Positions 48,537 through 57,811 of a DNA stretch of 64,000 nucleotides are shown piece after piece (positions within the stretch are counted from its first letter, which is position 1; the number at the start of each line of letters is the position of its first letter). A program made the translations under genes and the position numbers. The stretch comes from a virus. The notes under the pieces are model-generated. The model made no database searches, had not been told where the DNA came from, and saw only the letters and a list, made by a program, of their open reading frames with translations. Location of the stretch: positions 296,644 to 360,643 of the IMG/VR virus record IMGVR_UViG_3300045988_174371; one strand, 5' to 3'.

Positions 48537-48986
48537 CTAACGCCTATTACCAGTAGCGATAAGGTTATATGCCTGCAACATGCAGTCCTTACCGCCATCT
48601 TGAGCCTCTGCAATAGAGGCGAACATGGCAACTTTCATGCCGCGCTGGTGTGCTTCTCGCGCGAAGTTAGCCGCACCTACTCCTACAGATACCGCAAGGG
48701 ATAGCCCGCTATCCTGCAACTCTGCCAATACCGACGGGTGGGGGATGGCAACAATCGTATCTGGCAAACCAGGTTCCATAGGCATAACCGTAAATAGAGA
48801 GGGGGCTTTACTGTGCATGGCTGAGGATAGTTCCTCAATGGTGGTTGCATGACGGAATGGCTCCAGTATGGGCTCTGTGCGATGCAGGTCATACTGTGAG
48901 GCACTAATGAAGAACGGTAAGTAGCTGTCCTCCAGGCGGTATGTCTGGACGGGTGTCCAGTTCGGGTTGTTTTCAAAACGGGGCAT
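48537..48986 (-). CDS. hypothetical protein
   Basis: ATG at 48986 (MPRFENNPNW) downstream of the stop at 48998. The longer ORF-track start overlaps the upstream gene. Confidence 0.6.
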   Translation of the reverse strand: MPRFENNPNWTPVQTYRLEDSYLPFFISASQYDLHRTEPILEPFRHATTIEELSSAMHSKAPSLFTVMPMEPGLPDTIVAIPHPSVLAELQDSGLSLAVSVGVGAANFAREAHQRGMKVAMFASIAEAQDGGKDCMLQAYNLIATGNRR

Positions 48987-48997
48987 GGGTCGTACCT

Positions 48998-50170
48998 TTA
49001 TGCATGGTCTGGTTTGATGTTGGTAAGTCGAAGAATCTTGTTCACCCATTCCTCTTTGCTGGCGGGAATGTCGTGAAGGGATGAATGTTCTTCCCATGTT
49101 TTGCGAAGCTCAGCTTTGAGGGCGACTTCAAGCTGAGGAATCGTTAGGAAGTTGTAGGGGTGCCCTGCGGGAAGTTTAGAGACCCTGCTTCCCGATAGCG
49201 CCATATACTGCACCGCCGCCGGAGTCCCCATGATGTAGAGCGGGAAATAGAGTGCACAGCGGCAGGGACGGCGATGGCGGGTGGAATCGAGGCAGAACTC
49301 CCATTCTCCTGTGCTCCAACCCAATGCCTCACAGCTTATCTCTAGAAGATGCTGAATGGAACTGGGTTGAATTAGGGTTTCACCGTTCAGGTGGTTGATA
49401 AAGTCGGAAACGTAGTATGCATCATCAACACAGACTTTCGTCTCATCGCTTGAGGCGACTTCATGCAGGGCATTGAAGTTCCCGCTCATGAAAACGTCGC
49501 CTTCAAGGGTGACGTTTCTTAGCATTGCGAAATGCACAGAGATATTTCCTCCCAAGTGGCACCCTGCAAGATATGAATCATCTCCAACGTATATGTCTCC
49601 GCCATGTAGCGTAGTATTACTGACGGTTGCGTAGCCAATGTCTACCTTACCACTGGTGAACACGCCGCCTTCAATTAGTGCGCCATCATGTACGTGCGTG
49701 TCATCACGAAGGATGCACTCAGGGGTTCCCTCGTTGCCGCTATCTGTATGAGTGATAGCGCGTGGCGGTTTGAATGACCTTGGGGACTCAATACAGCTTC
49801 GGTCAAGCACTAGCACCGTGGGCGACTGCCAGCCAGTAGAGGTTATTTCTACAGTTTCGCTTACTTCCGCTTCCCCTTCCTGAATTTTTCCAGGTTCCTT
49901 AGGGTGTGTCGCGTCTGCTTCATCCATTGTTAGCCAAGGTGCCTGCCATTCAGGGTCACTGTATAGGGCGCAATGAATTTTCTTTGCGCGCTTACCTGTG
50001 CGCTTATCCAGCTGTTCGTGGGTCAGATAGGTGAGGTTTACCTTTTTGTCTGCTAGAGCGTACAGTTCTTCCTTAATCCTGTCGCCGGGGAAAGTGTAGG
50101 TGTTGAGGATATGTCGGGCGGTTGCCACCGTATATGTGGTTTTCTGCTCGATACTGGGGGTGAACGCCAT
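48998..50170 (-). CDS. family-B protein
   Basis: AAGGAG RBS. FCLDSTRHRRPCRCALYFPLYIMGTPAAVQYMALSG. Repeats such as GDIYVGDDSYLAGCHLGGNISVHF. Confidence 0.8.
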   Translation of the reverse strand: MAFTPSIEQKTTYTVATARHILNTYTFPGDRIKEELYALADKKVNLTYLTHEQLDKRTGKRAKKIHCALYSDPEWQAPWLTMDEADATHPKEPGKIQEGEAEVSETVEITSTGWQSPTVLVLDRSCIESPRSFKPPRAITHTDSGNEGTPECILRDDTHVHDGALIEGGVFTSGKVDIGYATVSNTTLHGGDIYVGDDSYLAGCHLGGNISVHFAMLRNVTLEGDVFMSGNFNALHEVASSDETKVCVDDAYYVSDFINHLNGETLIQPSSIQHLLEISCEALGWSTGEWEFCLDSTRHRRPCRCALYFPLYIMGTPAAVQYMALSGSRVSKLPAGHPYNFLTIPQLEVALKAELRKTWEEHSSLHDIPASKEEWVNKILRLTNIKPDHA

Positions 50171-50432
50171 GATGATACTCCTTGTAGGGCGCTAGGTTAG
50201 GTGCCTAGTTCGTGGACGGTTAGGATAGCTAATGTGGCGATAATAATGAATGCTACGTAGTGGTGGTGGCGGTGGTGTTTGCTTTCTGAATGGGGCTCTT
50301 CTCGGGTGTACCTATTGTTAAGCATGTATTTACCTTCTTGGTGTTGGGTTAGTGCGAGCCGCCCCTCAGCCCCCGTCTTTAATGATGTAGGGGTTGAGGG
50401 GCGGCTCATGTAGAGTATTTGGTTCTTGTGTG

Positions 50433-50506
50433 TACGCCGTGTGGGGATTGAACCCACGACCTAGGGATTATGAGTCCCTTGCTCTAACCTGCTGAGCTAA
50501 CGGCGC
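50433..50506 (-). tRNA. tRNA-Met (anticodon CAT; initiator / elongator / Ile2 not resolved)
   Basis: GCGCCGT..., anticodon loop CTCATAA, T-loop GGTTCAATCC, G1-U72 first pair. Confidence 0.8.
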
Positions 50507-50528
50507 ATATGCGGCGGAGTGTCCGTCA

Positions 50529-50547
50529 CATGTACCACTTTACCACA
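50529..50547 (-). promoter_or_regulatory. two overlapping extended -10 motifs (TGTGGTAAAGT, TGGTACATG)
   Basis: 20-40 nt upstream of the tRNA-Met 5' end. Confidence 0.45.
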
Positions 50548-50572
50548 TATCGACTGGCGGCGCAAAACGCAC

Positions 50573-51094
50573 TTACTGGTGGGTGTAGTAGGCGCTCTGG
50601 GTTACGGGCTCATCAGAGGCATACAGAGGGTTTTCCGTGTAGGTGCCTGCCGAAATGGTGATGTCGCGGATGTCGCGGTATGTGCCGCTAACCATAGCGC
50701 CGCCCGTAATGTGCGTGTAGCCGCCTAGCGAACTGTTGCCGCCGGTCTGACTGTACCCATACTGCTGAGCCTCACCAGTCAGAGTGGAGCTTCCTCGGTG
50801 AACTGCATATTCATATAGCATTGCGTTGCCGGTAACAAGGGCGTTTACCATGCATACAGCATTGTCGAATACCTTACCTTCGCCTGCTACCCAAGCATTA
50901 TTTCCCTGCGTAAGGTTGTGTTCAGATTCAATCCATCCGCCTAGCTGACCTGCAATGACATTATGCTCGGGAATGTCGCGGGTCGCCTTGATGCGGTGTA
51001 CGGTAACTTCCCGTCCTTGCCAGCGGGGGTGGGGGAAAGTCGCCGTCTTATCGGTGAGTACGTACTTGCGGTTCTTATTGAAAGTATTGCTCAT
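50573..51094 (-). CDS. hexapeptide/bactofilin-like beta-helix repeat protein (no C-H-C-C domain)
   Basis: ATG at 51094 (MSNTFNKNRKY) downstream of the promoter at 51148. NNAWVAGEGKVFDNAVCMVNALVTGNAMLYEYAV repeats. Confidence 0.65.
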   Translation of the reverse strand: MSNTFNKNRKYVLTDKTATFPHPRWQGREVTVHRIKATRDIPEHNVIAGQLGGWIESEHNLTQGNNAWVAGEGKVFDNAVCMVNALVTGNAMLYEYAVHRGSSTLTGEAQQYGYSQTGGNSSLGGYTHITGGAMVSGTYRDIRDITISAGTYTENPLYASDEPVTQSAYYTHQ

Positions 51095-51147
51095 TCTATG
51101 GTTCTTTCTGGAAATATTCTGCACCCAAAAAGCTGGGCTTGATGGTA

Positions 51148-51158
51148 AGTGTACCATA
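51148..51158 (-). promoter_or_regulatory. extended -10 promoter TATGGTACACT
   Basis: About 55 nt upstream of the ATG at 51094. Confidence 0.5.
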
Positions 51159-51192
51159 GATTTAAGGCGGCTTTTGCACCCCATCAGGGGCA

Positions 51193-51201
51193 TGGTAAAC
51201 T
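51193..51201 (+). promoter_or_regulatory. extended -10 promoter TGGTAAACT
   Basis: 37 nt upstream of the ATG at 51238; divergent from 51148. Confidence 0.4.
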
Positions 51202-51237
51202 TAAACTCCCAAGCGAAACAACCTATTGAAAGGAAAT

Positions 51238-51600
51238 ATGAACCCCCAAAAGAAACACATGAAGAAACACCTGACCACTGCCGCGCTCGCACTTGGCTTC
51301 AATTTGCCGGGCATCATGTTCGCCGCATACCTCATCCTCGCCAACTCTCTGCGCTCAGTCCCCGGAGACATACACCTAATCACCACCGCCACAGGTCAGG
51401 ACATCAATCTTATCGCCCTAGGAGCCGCATGGTTCATTGGAGAGAGTATTGCGGCAGTCATCGCCGTAGTAGCAATCACTGCAAAGGAAGCCGCCGTCAT
51501 CGCCTATGGCAAGTCCCGACAGGCGCTTACTATCACCAAGAGAGCCCTTGTACGCTTCCTTGGGGTTGAAGTACACGAGAACCCACTGAGGAGCCGATAA
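51238..51600 (+). CDS. hypothetical membrane protein
   Basis: ATG at 51238 after GAAAGGAAAT; three hydrophobic segments. Confidence 0.6.
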   Translation: MNPQKKHMKKHLTTAALALGFNLPGIMFAAYLILANSLRSVPGDIHLITTATGQDINLIALGAAWFIGESIAAVIAVVAITAKEAAVIAYGKSRQALTITKRALVRFLGVEVHENPLRSR

Positions 51601-51657
51601 GCACTCAGAGGGGCTATAGAAGCCCGCACAGTAGTAAAAGCTTACCCATGTAAGACA

Positions 51658-51703
51658 TGGAAGAGGGGCGGAGGTGTAGTCGATACACCTCCGCCCCTCT
51701 CTT
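51658..51703. terminator. bidirectional hairpin agaggggcggaggtgta/tacacctccgcccctct
   Basis: 17-bp stem between the convergent genes ending at 51600 (+) and 51719 (-). Confidence 0.7.
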
Positions 51704-51718
51704 TAGACACATATAGAG

Positions 51719-52678
51719 CTACAAACCAAACATGAACCTAAAGAACTTAGAGCCAAACGACTCTTTCTGCTCCTCAACCTCAATCGCATCTTCAGTCTCT
51801 TCAGTCATCAATTCCACCTCCTCACTGAACTGCGTAGGCGACACATCGCCGTGTGTTTCCATTGCCCGCTCCTCCATATCCCAAAACCACTTTTCTAGCA
51901 TGGGATAGCGCCCATGCGTTACATCTTCTCTCTGGAACACCCTTGGAATATGGTCTGACAAACCCATAGGTGGAAGCATCTTATACCGTCTACCCGAAGT
52001 ATCCATCCGCTCTAAGATGCGCTCCCGCACATCCGCCATATACGACAGATACGGAATAGTAATTGTCACCACAGGTTTCTCACCGAACAGTATCGCCGGA
52101 GTACGCCCCGTCAAGGCATCTATCGCAACACAGTAGCCCAGCTTTTCCAACCTGCGACTCAATGCGTCCATCTCAGCATAGTTATCCCGCGCCACAACCA
52201 TAGGGACATCGAACCCGTCACCCGTCCCAGCCCGCGCCTCCACCTCAGGATACTCAAGATGCTTAAATAGAAGTAGGTCACCGTCAGTACCGTAAGCATC
52301 CTCACGCGGCGGCTTACCAAGCAGATATGCCGACGCATCTAACCCCGACACCTCAATCACACAATGCGTATAGCTCTTCCAAAGAAGTATGCACGTATCG
52401 CACTCCTGTGATGCGCAGGTATGCGCCTGTAACTGCAAAGATACTTGCGCGCTCTGCTTTTCGAGCTTGTCGAAAGTCCTCCGGGATAAGTACTGATTGG
52501 GGAGGTGACGTTTCTTCTCCTTGCTCTCCTGCGTGGCAACGTGGAGAAAACCGTCTTTAGAGTGGGCTTCATTAGCGGCACTCACCCATTCCCAATGATT
52601 CAGCATCATCTCAAGGGAATCAAGCATCCGCATGTAGTCGGTCATACTGTTCGGTGTCATAGCTCGTTCATCATGCAT
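51719..52678 (-). CDS. hypothetical protein, candidate leaderless mRNA
   Basis: ORF-track ORF. No RBS; TAGAAT ends 6 nt before the ATG. Confidence 0.7.
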   Translation of the reverse strand: MHDERAMTPNSMTDYMRMLDSLEMMLNHWEWVSAANEAHSKDGFLHVATQESKEKKRHLPNQYLSRRTFDKLEKQSAQVSLQLQAHTCASQECDTCILLWKSYTHCVIEVSGLDASAYLLGKPPREDAYGTDGDLLLFKHLEYPEVEARAGTGDGFDVPMVVARDNYAEMDALSRRLEKLGYCVAIDALTGRTPAILFGEKPVVTITIPYLSYMADVRERILERMDTSGRRYKMLPPMGLSDHIPRVFQREDVTHGRYPMLEKWFWDMEERAMETHGDVSPTQFSEEVELMTEETEDAIEVEEQKESFGSKFFRFMFGL

Positions 52679-52684
52679 GAGAAG

Positions 52685-52690
52685 ATTCTA
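52685..52690 (-). promoter_or_regulatory. -10 TAGAAT positioned for transcription to start at the A of the ATG at 52678
   Basis: Minus strand reads TAGAAT-cttctc-ATG. Confidence 0.4.
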
Positions 52691-52718
52691 CCGCATTTGA
52701 TGGCATATACGGAAACGT

Positions 52719-52760
52719 GGCATGGACACTAGAGGTTCTTATATCTCTAGTGCCCATGCC
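52719..52760 (-). terminator. hairpin ggcatggacactagag/ctctagtgcccatgcc
   Basis: 16-bp stem 18 nt after the stop at 52778. Confidence 0.65.
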
Positions 52761-52777
52761 ACATCTGTCTATGCGTG

Positions 52778-53557
52778 TTATGCGTCAGTGCGGCGCGAGA
52801 GAGTCACCCACACAGGGTAAGCGAGAACCGTGCCGTCGTCGTAACTCTGAACCTCAAAGCCTTCTTCGTGGTTGGCGGCTACGCTACTGAAATGAGTCCC
52901 TGCGGCGAAGGGGTTGCTACCCTTCACATCCTCAATTTCCTGTGCGTGGACAAGTTCGCGGAGCTTACCTGCATCGTCAAAGAGCGCTCGGTGAGGTAGG
53001 CTGTTCGTAATGCGAATAATTGGGCTGTGGATTGCTCCACCAGCGGCGGGCGGCGCACCCAAAGCCACAAAAGTATTATGAGTGTCTTTCTGCTCGGTGT
53101 CACAAACAACCCAGCCAGATAGAGTGAGTGCATCCTTCTTTACGTAAGGGGCTACAGTGACCTTCACAGGGGTGATGAACACCAAGTCGCCTTCGCGGTA
53201 GAACTTCTCATTGATGGTTACGGAACCTGTCGTGTCAAGAGGTCGCGGGTCATAGGAACCTACGACGCGGGCGACGACGGAAGCGCCAGAATGGATGATG
53301 CCGCCCGTGGAGAAGGTAATCGTCTTTACGATTCGCTTAATCTGCTCTTCCAGGTCGTCGTTGCTGTCCATCCTGCCTGCCTGCAACATCATGCCCGTGG
53401 GACGGATAGGTGCAATGACTGAAGCGTTACTATCTGCCGCATCAGGAAGTGCTAGAAGGTGTTTCTTCACAACATACCCTACACCAATCTCTTTCGGGGT
53501 GATTACGGTGAGAACGGCGGCTTCCTTGGGAGAAATAGTCTCAATTTCGAAACTCAT
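52778..53557 (-). CDS. hypothetical protein
   Basis: ORF-track ORF in a tightly packed operon. Confidence 0.7.
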   Translation of the reverse strand: MSFEIETISPKEAAVLTVITPKEIGVGYVVKKHLLALPDAADSNASVIAPIRPTGMMLQAGRMDSNDDLEEQIKRIVKTITFSTGGIIHSGASVVARVVGSYDPRPLDTTGSVTINEKFYREGDLVFITPVKVTVAPYVKKDALTLSGWVVCDTEQKDTHNTFVALGAPPAAGGAIHSPIIRITNSLPHRALFDDAGKLRELVHAQEIEDVKGSNPFAAGTHFSSVAANHEEGFEVQSYDDGTVLAYPVWVTLSRRTDA

Positions 53558-53559
53558 GG

Positions 53560-54207
53560 CTAGTTACCTGCTTCCTGCTCGTCAAAGTACTTGTTCATGG
53601 CGGCTACTAGTTCCTTAGTGATGACCAGTGCGTCGCTCCATTCCTTATGGAAGCCGTACACAGGCTCAAGACCTAGGTCTGCTCTGACCTTCCCCGCGTA
53701 AGAAACGCCTTCAAGGACATCATCGACGCGGTACAGTGAGCCTGCTAGACCCTGTGCGCCAATCTTGCAGTACACAGGGTGAAGGTTCATCGATTCCCAC
53801 ATCCTTGAACGGTAATTGTTCGTGGAGTCCTTCGGCGGGTAAGAAATATAGTTGTTGCTCAGGGCAGTAGGAACGACAAGTAGCTCAGGCTCCTTACCAG
53901 CACTCGAAGGTAGTGGCTTAGGGTATGCCTGAGCGATAGCTTTAGCGGTGTCCTCAGACCATAGCATCGGAGGCATGGTTCGTTTATTGCCTCTGCTCAT
54001 GCGTAGGGTAACTGCGTCTGGTCGGTAGGTTGCTGAGAGACTGTCTGCGGTTAGGTTGGTGTCGCCGCGCAAGTCTTCACGTTTGTCCTTAATGTAGTCT
54101 ACAAGACCCTTAGGGTTGTACATCTTGGGTAGCGCCGCAATCTTGTCGCGGTCTACGGGTGGCTTGCGGTTCGGCGGGGTGGTGACGTTCTCGTCTAGGA
54201 AACCCAT
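53560..54207 (-). CDS. hypothetical protein
   Basis: ORF-track ORF; 2-nt gap to the next gene. Confidence 0.7.
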   Translation of the reverse strand: MGFLDENVTTPPNRKPPVDRDKIAALPKMYNPKGLVDYIKDKREDLRGDTNLTADSLSATYRPDAVTLRMSRGNKRTMPPMLWSEDTAKAIAQAYPKPLPSSAGKEPELLVVPTALSNNYISYPPKDSTNNYRSRMWESMNLHPVYCKIGAQGLAGSLYRVDDVLEGVSYAGKVRADLGLEPVYGFHKEWSDALVITKELVAAMNKYFDEQEAGN

Positions 54208-54223
54208 TTGTTCTCCTTCGTGC

Positions 54224-54499
54224 TTATTTCTTAGTGGGGTGGGTTACGGTCTTGTTGGGCAGAGGGGCGAAGCAGAACTCTGCCATGTCCTCGTAGACAT
54301 ATTCGGCTACTCGGTTGAGGCTATCTTCAACGGCTTTAGCGGCTACTGAAATTTGGTGCTCAACTGGCTTATTGACGTTTATGCGTTTTAGCTGTTGAGC
54401 AAGTAACGGTGCGGACTTCTTGCAATCCAGGATGTAATGGTGGCGTATAGTTGCCGCGCGGAGAGTGTGCTCCACGTTGCTGACGTTATTCTCAGTCAT
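54224..54499 (-). CDS. hypothetical protein
   Basis: ORF-track ORF; its start overlaps the upstream stop. Confidence 0.6.
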   Translation of the reverse strand: MTENNVSNVEHTLRAATIRHHYILDCKKSAPLLAQQLKRINVNKPVEHQISVAAKAVEDSLNRVAEYVYEDMAEFCFAPLPNKTVTHPTKK

Positions 54500-54867
54500 T
54501 AGGACACTGCACCTTCCTGCGTGGAGGCTACTTCAAAGAGTACTCGGTGGTGAGTCTCGCCACCTGCCCCAGCTTTCTCCTGGTGGTATACGGGGGTCAT
54601 CTTATACTTCCCCCCAGTTTTCACACTGAAAGCGTCAGTGAGCTCATGTACGGTGTAGTCGAAATTGTAGCTAGGTGCCTCAGTCCCTACCGACCACGTG
54701 CCTTTGAATGCGCTGTATGCTTCTGCGTAGACTTCGCGGGGTAGCTTTGAAGTGACACCAGCGGTAGGGGCGCATTCTTCGAAGCGGGCACTCTTAACAT
54801 ACATGTGTGAGCCTACGATGCATTCTGCTACAACGTAGTTGATGAAGTTGATTTTACTGGTTGCCAT
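54499..54867 (-). CDS. hypothetical protein
   Basis: ORF-track ORF; overlaps the upstream gene by 14 nt. Confidence 0.65.
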   Translation of the reverse strand: MATSKINFINYVVAECIVGSHMYVKSARFEECAPTAGVTSKLPREVYAEAYSAFKGTWSVGTEAPSYNFDYTVHELTDAFSVKTGGKYKMTPVYHQEKAGAGGETHHRVLFEVASTQEGAVS

Positions 54868-55492
54868 TGTGGGTTTCCTCCTTAACCTTCTTCCAGGTCT
54901 CCCTTGCGGCTTCAGTTTGAGCCTTCAATACCGCAGACGCATTGACTACAGCTTCACGGAGTACCTTCTCTGCGGCAATCAAGCCCTCAGTAGTGTTTCC
55001 GGTATGCACCGCCTCAGCGATAAGGGACTCAATATTCTTCGTCTCCTCGCGGGTTACACCTCGCTCCTGTAGAGCTACAGCTCGGGAGCGCCAGGTGGCG
55101 AGGCGGTTCTGAACGACAAGTTCTGAGATGCACTTATCTAGTAGAGCGATACACTCCTCCACGGTCTCGGTTTCGAAGACATAAGTGGTCAGGATAGTGG
55201 TTTCACTCTCCGGGTTGGACGTTCGGAACAGCAGGAAGTAATTGCCGTTACGTTCCTTCTTCGTCGCCAAAGTTCCAACCACTTCACCGTCGTCAGTTGT
55301 CTGCACGGTAGTGCCATCAGGGGTGTATAGTAGCGTAGGGTAGCGCTCCTTCCCTGAGCTGGTGAGGTGGCGGGCGAACATCTCCTGAATGTTTTCAGGC
55401 ATCTTGTATGAGATGTTTTCTGCACGGAATGCAATGTAGCTCCCTGCGGGAATTTTCGTCTCCTCGCGGGTCGCAATTGGGATAGTCTGCAT
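54854..55492 (-). CDS. hypothetical protein
   Basis: ORF-track ORF; first gene after the promoter at 55546. Confidence 0.7.
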   Translation of the reverse strand: MQTIPIATREETKIPAGSYIAFRAENISYKMPENIQEMFARHLTSSGKERYPTLLYTPDGTTVQTTDDGEVVGTLATKKERNGNYFLLFRTSNPESETTILTTYVFETETVEECIALLDKCISELVVQNRLATWRSRAVALQERGVTREETKNIESLIAEAVHTGNTTEGLIAAEKVLREAVVNASAVLKAQTEAARETWKKVKEETHNGNQ

Positions 55493-55545
55493 GGGTTGAG
55501 CTGTAGCTCCTTTCTATGGGTATAGAGACCTTAAATTACAAGTTC

Positions 55546-55556
55546 AGTATAGCACA
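55546..55556 (-). promoter_or_regulatory. extended -10 promoter TGTGCTATACT (hybrid of both motif variants)
   Basis: About 55 nt upstream of the ATG at 55492. Confidence 0.5.
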
Positions 55557-55574
55557 TAACAAACCGGGTTGCAT

Positions 55575-55621
55575 ACTTATGCCACGGGGTGAGTTGCAAA
55601 TGCTCATCCCGTGGCATAAGT
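55575..55621 (-). terminator. hairpin acttatgccacggg/cccgtggcataagt
   Basis: 14-bp stem about 50 nt after the stop at 55673. Confidence 0.6.
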
Positions 55622-55672
55622 GGTTACATATTCAGCTACCTGGCACCCCCTGCATGGGAATACGGTGGGCGC

Positions 55673-56272
55673 TTACTTCGAGTTGTTAGCGCCACGCTTG
55701 AGCTTGCTAACTCGTCGCTGTGCGCCAGACTTCGGGTAAAGCGCCAGATGTAGACGGTAGGCACTTTCAGTTAGAGCCTTGTCACCAGACTTGCCTGCCA
55801 TAATGGGGGTCTCAATGCGCATTACTTCAGTTCGATTAGCCAGCGCAACCTTGTCAAGCACACCACTAAAAGCGGAAAGCTCATAGGGCGCTTCGCGACC
55901 GTGGTCTGCAACCGAAGTGTAAGGGTTGGTAGTGAACTTAATGGGGTAGCTCACTCCAGCCACCCGTGCAGTAAGTAGGCTATTTCGCTTGTTCTTGACA
56001 CGCAGGCTGATAGTATAGCGGTTACTGTATGCATTGTATGCGGCAGTATAGGTAAGCTTACTGCCTTTCTCCTTCACCTGCTTAAGGGTTTCTAGCACGG
56101 CGAGGAAATACTCACGCTTGTTATGCCCAGCATACCAGTCAGGGTATGCCAGAGTTGCCTCTACCCCAAGCTCTCGGGGCTTCTTGGAAGACTTACTGCC
56201 ATACTGAGGGCGAGTCTTGGGCGGTCGAGGCTTAGGGGTGCTATTTGCCATAATTCGGGGCGTAGGGGTCAT
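55673..56272 (-). CDS. hypothetical basic protein
   Basis: AAGGAGGAG RBS; K/R/P-rich N-terminus. Confidence 0.65.
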   Translation of the reverse strand: MTPTPRIMANSTPKPRPPKTRPQYGSKSSKKPRELGVEATLAYPDWYAGHNKREYFLAVLETLKQVKEKGSKLTYTAAYNAYSNRYTISLRVKNKRNSLLTARVAGVSYPIKFTTNPYTSVADHGREAPYELSAFSGVLDKVALANRTEVMRIETPIMAGKSGDKALTESAYRLHLALYPKSGAQRRVSKLKRGANNSK

Positions 56273-56362
56273 TATTCTCCTCCTTGTGTTTACGATTATT
56301 GATTACTTCCAGCTGTAATGTAGGGGGTAGAGGCTGGAATCTCTACCTGAAACAATAAACTA

Positions 56363-56373
56363 ATTATACCACA
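56363..56373 (-). promoter_or_regulatory. extended -10 promoter TGTGGTATAAT
   Basis: About 90 nt upstream of the ATG at 56272. Confidence 0.5.
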
Positions 56374-56468
56374 TAATTTCAGGCTATGAAAACGGGGATG
56401 CTGAGTTAGCGACACCCAACATCCCCGCTCAATAGCCTTCAAGGGAGCCCCTATCCAACTACTAGGAA

Positions 56469-57698
56469 CTAAAGACCCTTGCCGGTCAGCTCCTTAAAAA
56501 TAGCATCGGCAGTCTTCTTCGTATACATCAAGCTAGGAAGCTTCAGCGGCTCAACACGCTTACGATTAAAGCGAACAATCTTCACCATCTCAGCCTTATG
56601 CTTACGAAGCGCATCAACAACACGCTCCTCATCACCATTACCAGCCATAGTAATAAGCGGACGACTCAGACCATACATAGTAGTGGGCTTCTTGGCAGGG
56701 AACACCTCACGAGCACGCTTAACCCAATCAGTAGACGGCTCCACCTTATCACCCTCAGCACGAATCCAAGAGCGAATCATAGTGTACTGCTCAGCAGTAT
56801 ACAGCGGAGAGTTCTCCACACCCTTACGCCACGTAAAGTCATAAGTCAAAGAACGACCCGCCGCCTTCAACAGCGCCGCAATACGCGGACGAACATCAGC
56901 CGCCAAAAACGGAACAGGCTTACCACTCGGATACCCCAACTGTCGCGCACGCTCAGGCGACAAATACAGAGAACGACAAAGAAGCTCATTACTGTACACC
57001 ACAACAGGCTCATCCACAACAGTCCCCTCAAGCGAAGGCACTACAGAGAAATCAGCAGGCGGAACATCACTCTTAGGAGCCTCCAGCATAATCGAACGGA
57101 AACCCATAGGCTGAGACTCAACAAACTTGAAGAAACCCTCAAGCTCACCCTTCTCAATAACATTCTTAAAGCCAGGATGAGCCTCACGATACAGCGAAAC
57201 GAAACTACCAACCATAGACTCACCACCAAGCTTCTCATAATGAGAAGCAAGATAACCAATGCTGTAGAATACCTTCGGCTTCACCGGCGCATAAAAAATA
57301 CTCCGCCCAGTACCAAACAGGTAGCTCTCATCAACGCTATTAAGGTCAATGAAATGCTTCATAGCTCCAGTAGCACCCGTAACAACCTGAGCAGTGATAG
57401 GCGCACCCTCAATAATAACCGGACGCTCCTGCGAAGCATTGCGCGTCAAATGCGCAACCAAAGCAGGATTCAATGGACGCTGACTAGTAGACGCATAATG
57501 ATTAACATCAACAGTTGCATAGGTCTGCGTCGGATTAGCGACGGTATGAGGTAGACCCAAAAGCTCCTTATAATAGACAGGCAAGCCAACAAAGCTAGTA
57601 CCGTTATCCTGCGCTTCACGAGCGGCAACAATGCGTGCACGCACACCCGCATCCAGCGGAGTGGAAGTCGTTCGAGTAGCCTTAGTGTTGTTGTCCAT
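56469..57698 (-). CDS. hypothetical protein
   Basis: ATG at 57698 (MDNNTKATR) 9 nt after GAAGGA. The ORF-track start at 57770 would lie in a 5'-UTR hairpin (ctctctgc/gcagagag). Confidence 0.75.
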   Translation of the reverse strand: MDNNTKATRTTSTPLDAGVRARIVAAREAQDNGTSFVGLPVYYKELLGLPHTVANPTQTYATVDVNHYASTSQRPLNPALVAHLTRNASQERPVIIEGAPITAQVVTGATGAMKHFIDLNSVDESYLFGTGRSIFYAPVKPKVFYSIGYLASHYEKLGGESMVGSFVSLYREAHPGFKNVIEKGELEGFFKFVESQPMGFRSIMLEAPKSDVPPADFSVVPSLEGTVVDEPVVVYSNELLCRSLYLSPERARQLGYPSGKPVPFLAADVRPRIAALLKAAGRSLTYDFTWRKGVENSPLYTAEQYTMIRSWIRAEGDKVEPSTDWVKRAREVFPAKKPTTMYGLSRPLITMAGNGDEERVVDALRKHKAEMVKIVRFNRKRVEPLKLPSLMYTKKTADAIFKELTGKGL

Positions 57699-57781
57699 GT
57701 AAATAAATCCTTCGATAGAGATGGGTGGTAAGACGCTCTCTGCAACCAGCAGAGAGTCCATATACCGCATAATTTACTTAC

Positions 57782-57792
57782 AGTATATCACA
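57782..57792 (-). promoter_or_regulatory. extended -10 promoter TGTGATATACT
   Basis: About 85 nt upstream of the ATG at 57698. Confidence 0.5.
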
Positions 57793-57811
57793 TAATGCGG
57801 GAAATGCAAAT

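Noticed and set aside
50433-50506. Calling the CAT-anticodon tRNA an initiator tRNA
   Set aside because: The G-C run in the anticodon stem is at positions 28-30 rather than 29-31, and the first pair is G-U rather than a C-A mismatch. The isotype subclass is left open.
56598-57554. 318-aa plus-strand ORF
   Set aside because: It is antisense to the 56469-57698 CDS. Its extreme R/T/L/N bias and lack of start context mark it as a shadow ORF.
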